From Botryllus schlosseri (Eukaryota): a DNA stretch of 64,000 nucleotides. The translations under genes and the position numbers were made by a program. The notes beneath the pieces are model-generated. The model did no database searches, was not told where the DNA came from, and saw only the letters and a list, made by a program, of their open reading frames with translations. The stretch is taken from assembly GCA_051294905.1 (NCBI GenBank), contig CM119371.1, positions 7,874,001 through 7,938,000 of the forward strand, given 5' to 3'. How positions within the stretch are numbered: position 1 is the first letter of the stretch; the number at the start of each line of letters is the position of its first letter. Positions 10,155 to 19,200 of the stretch are shown here, piece by piece.

Positions 10155-10610
10155 ATGGCAAAACATAGATTACATTTTGAACGGCGAAAGATCGATCAAG
10201 AAATTCAAACAAACCCTGTAATTTTGAAAGCAGGGCCATTGGACGAGTTAGACATCTATGTTTGGCAAGCACTTTTGCGTGGACCCTCAAAAACACCATA
10301 TGAAAAAGGGACATTTCTCCTTAGAATTGAATTTCCAACGGAATATCCATTCAAGCCTCCAAAGATCAAATTTGAAACCAGAATTTTCCATCCGAATATA
10401 AGCCGTAAGGGTACCATATGTATTGACATTCTTGCAAATGAATGGTCACCTGCTTTAACGTTAGGAAAAGTATTGGTCTCGATTTCGTCATTATTGGCTT
10501 CTCCAAACCCAGAAGATCCAATGGATGTTGAAAGCGCCAGACTGTATCGGGATGACTATGATAGTTATCAGAAGACGGCACGAAAATGGACTGATATGTA
10601 CGCTAAGTAA
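10155..10610 (+). CDS. Ubiquitin-conjugating enzyme E2, Ubc4/UBE2D-like, intronless
   Basis: GP...TPYEKGTF...FP.EYPFKPPKIKF.TRIFHPNI...GTICIDIL..EWSPAL; catalytic Cys at 10419 and HPN motif intact; ATG at 10155. Confidence 0.95.
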   Translation: MAKHRLHFERRKIDQEIQTNPVILKAGPLDELDIYVWQALLRGPSKTPYEKGTFLLRIEFPTEYPFKPPKIKFETRIFHPNISRKGTICIDILANEWSPALTLGKVLVSISSLLASPNPEDPMDVESARLYRDDYDSYQKTARKWTDMYAK

Positions 10611-10748
10611 ATTGTCATGTATCCAGTATGCTTATCACAATTAATGAATATTCTAGAAGTGTTGTTATACTTATATGGGTGTCGAAAATGTTATTAAGGG
10701 AAATTTCCGGTCCAATAATCAATATAAAATTCTCTATGTTAAGAAAAT

Positions 10749-11207
10749 ATGGGGGATAAAATTGCTAGAGTAAAGCATGAACTTGACGTTTTCTTTGATT
10801 CCTTTGAAAAGAAATATGAACACAAAGACTTTGGCAAGTGGGCTGCAACAACCCGGGATGAACTGGAGACATTTATGACACCTTACTTGAGGATTTGCAA
10901 CCTGAGAGTATCCGATAAACTGTTTGATGCGCTATACAAAAAGCATTTAGCCATCTCCCGCATGATATTGTTTGAAAATTATGAACATGCTAAGTTTTGT
11001 TGGTTTGTCTTCTGTGTTGGATTACATCCTGCATCGGATGTCATACCTGAAGGCTGGGTGTTGGAAAGAATGCCTTGTTCTGACAGAACTGGATTTTGTA
11101 TTTATACCACGGATAAACTCTTTAATGATACTTTTCCCTCTGATGTGAGAGCTGCTATACTTATACATAAAATGAAATATAATGGCTGTGATAATTATGA
11201 ACAATGA
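10749..11207 (+). CDS. Orphan cargo protein (152 aa), family B
   Basis: Shares NYE.AK..WF.....HP....I...WV.E with ORF 11371. Confidence 0.75.
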   Translation: MGDKIARVKHELDVFFDSFEKKYEHKDFGKWAATTRDELETFMTPYLRICNLRVSDKLFDALYKKHLAISRMILFENYEHAKFCWFVFCVGLHPASDVIPEGWVLERMPCSDRTGFCIYTTDKLFNDTFPSDVRAAILIHKMKYNGCDNYEQ

Positions 11208-11370
11208 ATTCATGGATTGTATATTTCATTTTTTGCTAACTTAAATGTCTATTAATCATGTATGACGTGTATGCCAATTTAATTGAGTTTTACATTGAAT
11301 TATCTCGTTTCCGTCTGCATGACCAAATGGACCCTTACCTGGATGATTAATTTCTTTCAGAAAATTGAGT

Positions 11371-11820
11371 ATGAGTAACGTGGTGATAAATGATAATGGT
11401 GATGTTGATGTCACCAGAATAGTTGGATCTAATGTGGCGGAACAAGATTTGATCTTTTATTTTTGGTTATTCAAAGAACGATATGAAGCGAGAATACTTC
11501 CCTCTCATAGATGGTATGAGTGGTCAAAGACTCCACCCAAATATATTAAACTTGGATTGAAATGTTTTTGCAAACGAGTTAACGAAACCCTTTCCGATGA
11601 AAAGCCCTTTGTTATTGACTACCCAGGAATATTAGAAAACCACAAAATGATAAAAGACATGGCCTCTGGAAATTATGAAAGGGCTAAACTTTTGTGGTTC
11701 AACTATATGGCTCGAATGCATCCTATGGAAAATTTGATTACGGATGAATGGGTGAAGGAACAAGCCGAATCTACGGAACCCTTTTACCCTGAGGATACTG
11801 TAAATGTCCTACTTCTATGA
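11371..11820 (+). CDS. Orphan cargo protein (149 aa), family B paralog
   Basis: ATG at 11371, preceded by the acceptor-like tttctttcag; collinear with ORF 10749. Confidence 0.75.
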   Translation: MSNVVINDNGDVDVTRIVGSNVAEQDLIFYFWLFKERYEARILPSHRWYEWSKTPPKYIKLGLKCFCKRVNETLSDEKPFVIDYPGILENHKMIKDMASGNYERAKLLWFNYMARMHPMENLITDEWVKEQAESTEPFYPEDTVNVLLL

Positions 11821-11907
11821 GAATTATTAAGCCCATGAATGCTATTGTTTTCATGTACTTCTACTGTATGTATATAAGGCGTTATAGACTGCTACGCCCT
11901 ATATTTT

Positions 11908-12220
11908 AAGCAGGACCCTAGGGACTTAAAAATCCCTAGTTTTCAGGGAAACAAAATCCAGAATTTTACGGTGCGAACCCTTATTATAGGCTAAAAGAAA
12001 ACAAAAATCACGACTCCGTCACGTTCACGGTAATACGCAATGTCTCGAGTGACTTGGCTGCACACTATTTTAACGCTTGAACAAATTAAGTGACCGCTTG
12101 TTCTTGTGTGTATATAATGTGCTGTATATGGCTGCACTATAAGCCAGACCCTAGAGACCATCATCACCCTCTAGTTTAACCAAAACAAAATCCTAGATGC
12201 TTTAGGTGCGAATGGTTATT
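11908..12220 (+). ncRNA. Tandem pair of structured RNA motifs with compensatory base changes
   Basis: Copies at 11908-11985 and 12141-12220. Hairpin ctaggga/tccctag vs ctagag/ctctag; second stem aggg/ccct vs taacca/tggtta; invariant linkers aaacaaaat and ggtgcgaa. Confidence 0.5.
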
Positions 12221-12999
12221 GAGAAAAATAATGAAAAACAATATAAAACTTAATAAAATCTTGAACAACTATACCCATTAAGATTACGAAATAACAAACA
12301 CTAAAACATGTTTGAACAATCTACAATGCCTGTATTAAGTGGCATCTCAGTTAAGGGTAGTATCATGCGGTCCGATTAAGAGGATTATAGTGATTTTGAT
12401 TGCACTGAAGACATGACGTCCTTAATGTTGATATGTTACTTTGAAATGTTATGATCACAATAATATTGATGATTATGATGCTGAATGGAGTTACAAAGTA
12501 TTTGAAATGTAGTTGATATTTACGGCAGGACAGGCCGTCGCATGAATTATATGCGTAAACAAACCTTGGAGTATTGAAAATGTTTATTAATCATGTATGA
12601 TGATGTATAGGTTAAACCATGCCTTGTGTTATAATTGATGAATGATGTGTATGCCAATTTAACCAAGTTTTGCATAGAGTTACCTCATTTCCGTCTACGT
12701 GATTAATGATTGGAGTATTTGGTTGTATTAAGGTTTTAGATTACTTGTAAAAGGTTAGATTAGAGCTTTGGACCTAATGGTCATTGGCTGTTTGGAAACA
12801 AGACAATATTACAACTACGGAATACTTCAATCAACATTTACGACTTTGAAAAATCTCAAATCAACATCTACAGATCTACGAACGTCGTCAGTACTACACA
12901 AGAGAGCAAATAGTGTCAACTTTGTCCTACGAAGTATCCCGAACAAGTGTGGACTACTCGCATAACAATCGTTGTGGAGCTGCACTATAAAAACAAAAT

Positions 13000-13017
13000 T
13001 GGTGGCCAGTACGGGGA
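13000..13017 (+). promoter_or_regulatory. Primer-binding site complementary to the tRNA-Ile(AAU) 3' end
   Basis: TGGTGGCCAGTACGGGGA is the reverse complement of UCCCCGUACUGGCCACCA, the conserved metazoan tRNA-Ile(AAU) 3' end as recalled. A U5-like ...ACA ends at 12995, 4 nt upstream. Confidence 0.85.
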
Positions 13018-13048
13018 ATACTTCCGGTGCTCAGACATTGACCAATCG

Positions 13049-13318
13049 ATGCTTTCTAAGACGACTATCGTAAAACTTGTACTTGTCGTATCCTTGCTTT
13101 CATCATCCGTATCTCTCCTGATCATATTGTCAGCAATTTATCTGCACGTATCGCCTGGAGCGCTTTCTAATCTGTTGAACATAGTTTTGGGATCTAATAG
13201 CAGCGAATCTACTGCTTACGTTCAACCCACGAATACGCCGCAGGGATCTACAGTATATTTTAACTTGTCTTCACCTGATCTACTACCTTCGGTCAACAGT
13301 ACTTTCTCCGGTCGATAG
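13049..13318 (+). CDS. Small single-pass (type II-like) membrane glycoprotein, 89 aa
   Basis: ATG 32 nt after the PBS; hydrophobic IVKLVLVVSLLSSSVSLLIILSAIYL followed by three N-glycosylation sequons (NSS, NLS, NST). Confidence 0.65.
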   Translation: MLSKTTIVKLVLVVSLLSSSVSLLIILSAIYLHVSPGALSNLLNIVLGSNSSESTAYVQPTNTPQGSTVYFNLSSPDLLPSVNSTFSGR

Positions 13319-13324
13319 AAAGGA

Positions 13325-14376
13325 ATGCGAAGGATGTTGAAAGCATTTAAAAGGAAAAAGCCGTCAGAAGTGACGGATGAACTCAAGCAAGGTATTACTT
13401 TGCTTAAAGCAACACAAAAACGTCATGAAGATGTACGAAGACAAGAAAGACAACTTGCTAAGGATGTGGCCGAACAAACGGAATTACTAAAAGAGGTGAA
13501 AACAGCTCTGCCGGAAACTATGAAAGGTTTAGAGAAGGCAAAGAAAGAGGTTCGAAAAGCTCAAGCGGACCTCAAAGCTGTTTGTGATGCCACAACAAAA
13601 GTTAGCGGGAAGGTCTCCACCGACGTGCTGAATGACATTCTTACGTCAGAATTTGAGCTTGGAAAGTCGCATGCACAGGCTACGCGACATAGCATCCAAT
13701 CTCCCGTTTTGACAGTATCTCCAACTACACCAGAATATGATCCTCCGGCTTACGTTCCTCTCGATGAACAGCTGTCTGGTGATTTAAAACAAGGACCAAC
13801 GATGACGGTTCGCAAGGGTCTGGATTGTCACACTGTAACGGCAGTCTATCCTAAACTACCACGTTCTGACTCGACCACGTTTTCAGATTCCGGCAGGGGA
13901 ACTACACCATGCTTCCACGTGGGAAGTGGGGCACGCGCCAAACAGAATAAGCAAAAACCCGTAGAAATACCAAGCTTAATTGAACGTGGGGGGAGCGAGC
14001 TCCCCGTGGCATCAAAACCAAAGAAGAATCCCTTAGATAAGTATATGGGGTATCGAGGATGGCAGGAACGGCGCAACGAAGAGAAGGGTTCTCGAAGACG
14101 AGCGGGAAGTGCGGATGGCGCCTCCCAAAGGGTGACCTTTCATACTCCAGGCCAGGAACACTCGGATGCTGAAGATTCTGAAATCGACTTCCAGGCCAGA
14201 CTGAAACAGATTTCCAAAGGTATACAAGATAACATCAGGTCCCTACAGGGCAATGCATATTCTCGGAACGCCGCGGAAGAATCTCTTGAGGAGGAACTTT
14301 CCGACAACTCTAACTCTCCGGATATACCTCGCGCTACCTCCACTCCAAAAGAGTATGGGGGGAGGGTTAGGCGGCG

Positions 14377-14407
<31 letters not shown>

Positions 14408-14497
14408 CGACAACCGCAACCGCACCAATATCCTGGTGTTTCGGCCCCAGTGCTCAACGTGTCTACTAAAATGCAATCAGAAAAAGAAATGCTCTAG
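13325..14497 (+). CDS. gag: Gag N-terminal protein (matrix-like coiled coil, late domains, polyQ)
   Basis: Basic N-terminus, heptad coiled coil, PPAY (13742-13753), YPKL (13847-13858), Q10 (14378-14407). Ends in a TAG in frame with the next ORF. Confidence 0.7.
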
Positions 14498-14500
14498 CTT

Positions 14501-16213
14501 ATGATGGACCCTGGAGACATGCCACTGCTAAAATGGATGGAAAATTCAATGCGACGAATACGCCATGGTACTGGAAATACGGATGTGGATGTTATTTTGG
14601 CTAATGCGCTGCAGAAGAAATTGAGGGCTGCTGGCCGACACAAGCAGGCTACCCAACTGGGAAATTTTTTTAATACCAATTCGGGGGAAGCAGAGTGGGA
14701 ATCGGTTATGCGATCTCTTTCATTATCTAATCCCCAGGGTTTAGTAAATGATGAAAAGATCATTGGGGATTTCCGCAGAAATTATCGGTGGGAGGATGAG
14801 CCCCTACCTCTGCTTAATAGCGCTTTGAAGCAACTGGAAATAGACATGGATAGTTTTATTGAAGATAATCCGGATGGATTGCGTCTTTTCCGAAATCTAA
14901 GACAACGACTTCCCGAAGCGCTCAGATTGATGTTACGAGGCTGGGAGGAAGAGAAAAGATGGCGGGATGTTGCGGAGGAACTACAACTTGTTTGGAACTC
15001 CGAGTTTCTGGACGAACAAGAGACGCGCCCCAGGTATCAGGAAAAAAAGGAAGTACGTGATACAAAACCGTCCTTGCCGCCGGTACACATTTATAATGTT
15101 CAACCTGCAGGGCAAATAATGCAGAGTTATCCCACCTATGGTAACGATGACAGTCAGCTCAATACTCCTCCTCCACCCGGTGAAACCCCACCGCCGGTGG
15201 TACAATCACCTTCGCCCCTGCAACCACTGAATAACTTTGGGGGGGCAACACCTCCTGGATCACCTAGGGGGATCTCACCACGTCAGCTTACCAATGCAGG
15301 CCAGGAACCGATACCACGTCGGAATCCTCAACGTGCAGCGCGCGACAATCGTTTCCCTACCCGCATCATGAATGGTAATGGATTTGGTAGGCGAGGACGA
15401 GGCTCGAGGGCCAGGCCCGTACAACAACAGAATGGGCGCACTGCATCATCGAGACCTAACGGACAGACAACGAGAATAACAAGGTCTTCACGTGCTAATC
15501 CAGGACCGGGAATCTCGAACCGAAGTCCACGAATGGCGAATACACAAGACTCCGGGATGGGTGCAGACAGCTCACAGATTACGCCTTCCAGCAGCCAGGA
15601 AGCCCGCAACATTGCGGATAGTCAAGGTGAGCGATACAATTTTCTTGGAAATCCGAATATTTTTGCCCCTCTAGGCTTGTATCTAAATCCCACCCAGGGA
15701 CAATCCCTGTCCGTCTGTTACTACTGTAAGGCACCGGGACATCAATCCCGAAATTGCGTGGCTAAATTCATACTGTGGCTAAACGATAAGGTTCTTGCCA
15801 GAGATGAGGAATTAGGATGGATAATTCGTGGGCGAGCACGACCTGTACCCCCTCATGTTAAAGAGTCTGCTGAACGAAACTGGAAACCGTTTCTGGAAAG
15901 AAATAACATACTTACAATTGAGGGTCTTGATCGATATCTTGCTGCTCAAGGTTCACCATCATTTACACAAAGAACCGCTCTGTGCGAAGCCTATTATGAT
16001 ATCAGGCCAAAAAATCGTGATAGAACCCACTGGCATGATAGGGATCAATGGGGTCCTCATGGACCACCTACACGTCCATCTGGGGGAAATACCCACGTGG
16101 CCTGGGCGAAACCTCAATATCATGAGCGCCCGCGTCGATATGATGCTTCATATTGGACGGACGAGGAGCTAAATCAAGGTGTACGACTTTCAAAAAACGC
16201 CATGGGGTGCTGA
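14501..16213 (+). CDS. gag: Gag capsid/nucleocapsid protein with CCHC zinc knuckle
   Basis: Helical capsid-like N-terminal ~200 aa, Pro/Arg-rich linker, CYYCKAPGHQSRNC (CX2CX4HX4C); overlaps pol in the -1 frame. Confidence 0.88.
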   Translation: MMDPGDMPLLKWMENSMRRIRHGTGNTDVDVILANALQKKLRAAGRHKQATQLGNFFNTNSGEAEWESVMRSLSLSNPQGLVNDEKIIGDFRRNYRWEDEPLPLLNSALKQLEIDMDSFIEDNPDGLRLFRNLRQRLPEALRLMLRGWEEEKRWRDVAEELQLVWNSEFLDEQETRPRYQEKKEVRDTKPSLPPVHIYNVQPAGQIMQSYPTYGNDDSQLNTPPPPGETPPPVVQSPSPLQPLNNFGGATPPGSPRGISPRQLTNAGQEPIPRRNPQRAARDNRFPTRIMNGNGFGRRGRGSRARPVQQQNGRTASSRPNGQTTRITRSSRANPGPGISNRSPRMANTQDSGMGADSSQITPSSSQEARNIADSQGERYNFLGNPNIFAPLGLYLNPTQGQSLSVCYYCKAPGHQSRNCVAKFILWLNDKVLARDEELGWIIRGRARPVPPHVKESAERNWKPFLERNNILTIEGLDRYLAAQGSPSFTQRTALCEAYYDIRPKNRDRTHWHDRDQWGPHGPPTRPSGGNTHVAWAKPQYHERPRRYDASYWTDEELNQGVRLSKNAMGC

Positions 16214-19200
16214 TTGATCCGGTGAATCAGCTCCCAGATAAATTGATATTTCAACACATAAAAACTGTACATAACTCTTCTTTACCATTGTTTACATTTC
16301 TCGATATGCCGGATGACCCCCTACAGCCCGATTTTACGGAATTGTTTGGCAGCCAACTGTTGTATTTGGTTGATACAGCAACTGGTACGAAATTCCTAGC
16401 TGACACGGGGAGCATCCCCAATTTAATAATGAAAAAGGTCGTTATAACTAAATACCCACAAAGCTGGGAAGAACGTCAACCAATAGACATGGAATTGACT
16501 GGAATAGGTGGCTCTTCCCAAGTGGATTCCTTTGTAGTGATTGATTTTGATGGACTGTCCGTTCCATTTGTGACCGGATCAGGAGTCCCACTTAATATCA
16601 TAGGGCTGAAATGGATTGAGGAAATTCAACAATTACCAAGCATAACTACGGAATTTAAAACCCCGTCTAACGCAAATGATGAGTTGTCTTTAGCGTCACT
16701 ACTTGAAGAGAATCATTGTGATCAAGGTAACGGAACCAAAGTTGGAAGCAGTATTAGCTACCCTGTAACCAACGATGGGTTGATGGATGCTGCAAACCAA
16801 TTTAGCGTGGAGCGGAAAATGGCCGCTGGCGCGAGTACCGAGATGGAAGTAACCACTGGTGCGATCGACGAGTTGAAAATAGCAACTAATGTCATACCTA
16901 ACCCATGGGAAACTGGTGGTGTTGAGACAGGAATGCCTCTCTACACCATTAATAAAAACGTCGAGCGTGGAATCCCCGCTGGCGTAAAAATGGAACTGCA
17001 CGAGAAAACTGATCCTGAAAACTTTCGTGGATGCACTTGTCCGAATGGCCTTGAGGATTCGGCCCATAGTTGCATGACGACAGTCACAGTAATAAGTACT
17101 TTCCCAAACGGTTCAAATGAAGCAGCAATTGCCGGTCAACCGGATACACGTCCGGACATGTCCGACAAGGAGTCTGGGGATTTTAGGATGCACGTCTCCC
17201 CAGAAAAAGGGTCCCCGGCGGAAAAGGAGTCCGTCGGCGTGGCGATAGGTGCGGGCACGCGCCTAGATCAGAGGCCTACATCGAAGGACCTCGCCCTCTC
17301 TCCACCAACACCCACAACTCGGTCATCACGAATCTCAAATCAACCTAGGGCTGGGCCAATTACTACGTATGCTTTACAGAAGGACACTCACCCACGCGTC
17401 AAGACGGAGCTAGAAAATCTCTGCGCACAATCAGTAGCGCTGGCCAAACTCCCATACAAACCTCCTGATCTAACTACTCCAGAAAATACCATCATCTCTG
17501 ATGATGTCTGGAAAGCAATTTACGAACCGTTCGCGTCCGAACTCGAGGACCTGCGAGGCCATCTTGGCGGCCCGCAAACCATGAAATACAAATGTGACAT
17601 AGAACTTAAAGATCCCTCGACGAAACCATTTGTGTCTGGGCCTTATAATCTGAAGGGGGAGGGCCAGGCAAAGGCATTGAAAGAAGCGGTAGATAACTTT
17701 CTGGACTTAGGCGTCATTGAACGAGGTTTTGCTGAATGGAAGTTGGCTATCTTTGTGGTCCCTCAGAAAATGAATGAAAGACAAAAACAAGAGGACGGAT
17801 GGAAGCAAGCCTGGAGAGTAGTACAGAATCTCCAACCCCTTAATGCGGCCATAAAATCAATAGAAGTACCTCCACCTCTTGTACCAGATGTAAAGCAGCT
17901 CGCCCAAGGCAGGGAAGTGCTTTCTCTCCTTGATTTGAAGAAGGCCTATTTCCACATGGATGTAACGGAAAGATCTAAACAATATGTGGGTATAGCCATC
18001 AAAGGGATGCATGTAAGATGGCGTAAAATGCCGATGGGGCTTAAAACTGCGGTGGCTCTTTGGAGCGCGAATATGCAGGAATGCGTGGTGAAACCAATTA
18101 CGGAAAATTATCGTAAATACATGAAGCAAAATGGTCGGTCGGATGAGGAGAATGCGACGCCTATGGAGGCCTACATAGACGATATTTTCCTTAGCACAAA
18201 AACGGTAGAAGATCATCTAATACTACTACGCATGGTATTTGAACAGCTCGCCAAGATGAAACTGACTGTCAGCATCAATAAGTGTTTCATTGGAAAGCGA
18301 AGGGTGAACCTTTTGGGGGCAACTTTGACGGGGAAAGAAATTGAGGTTCAGCCTGAAAGAATAAGGGCTTTACGCGAACTCTCACCACCCCACAATGTAT
18401 ACGAGTTAAGGGGGTGGATTGGCGCACTTCGCTATATCTCGGAGCATATACCTGAGTTAAGTTTGAAGCTGGCCAAATTCGATGCGCTAACAGGCAAGGT
18501 CCCTGCGACACAAGGACGAGTGACTCCTGTGCTATGGACCAATGAATTACTGCAGGACTTCAAAACGGCACAAGCAGCCCTTGATGACGCTAAGGTCTTG
18601 TACCACGTAGATCCAAATCTTCCTATTTTTGTGGAAACAGACGCTTCAGATATTGGGTTTGGATCAATCATTTTTCAGACAGAAAAGGGGTGTAAGCCAC
18701 CTTTCGAAGAGGTTTACCCAATTGCTTACTACAGTCAAAAGTGGGCGACTCCAACGGCAAAAGCTTATGATCCCTGTACAAAGGAATTGAAAGCCTTAAA
18801 GGATTCGGTGGAAAAATGGCAATCAATGTTGAGAGCCTTACCCTTTACAATAATCACTGATAACACTGGGGTATTTGGGCTCCTCAAAAGAATGACGGAT
18901 AAAGCAAAAAATCCAAGCCCAAAACCCCTGATTCAGAGGTGGCTCAATCATCTCGCAGGATTCCAAATAAAAGAGGTAATTCATTTAAGCACGATGCAAG
19001 TATTTACGTCAGATGGATTGTCTCGATCTTATTGGATGGAAATGGCTGCGGGAGAGGATGATCCACATGTTTGGGCAACAATTCCTAAGAAAAAGAGTAG
19101 TTCGTACCTACAGAAAAGACCCCGACCGGAAAAAATACAGCAGATGCTGATGTATCATTGCCGCCATGAGCTTTGTGACAACTCGGTGGACGGGTTCCAT

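Larger units (their letters stand above)
11243..12702 (+). repeat. Duplicated ~80-bp non-coding module (11243-11322 and 12578-12702)
   Basis: aaatgt.tattaatcatgtatga...gtgtatgccaatttaa...agtttt.cat.ga.tta.ctc.tttccgtct.c.tga in both copies; the second carries a ~45-bp insertion. Confidence 0.85.

Noticed and set aside
3390-11820. Tyrosine recombinase (DIRS/Ngaro) or env/fusion glycoprotein among the cargo ORFs
   Set aside because: No R-H-R-Y pattern, and no ORF has a signal peptide plus furin site plus C-terminal TM of Env size.
11940-12220. HDV-like ribozyme (UGCGAA resembles J4/2)
   Set aside because: Only 9 nt lie between the P2-like strand and the inner stem, with no room for P3/L3/P1/P1.1; no hammerhead or pistol core fits either.
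14140-14504. Minus-strand poly-Cys, poly-Leu and poly-Asn ORFs
   Set aside because: Antisense shadows of the (CAA)10 tract in gag.
18600-19030. Assignment to Caulimoviridae from the RNase H TDNT motif and missing integrase
   Set aside because: TDN also occurs in Gypsy lineages; there is no movement protein or tRNA-Met PBS. A phylogeny is needed.
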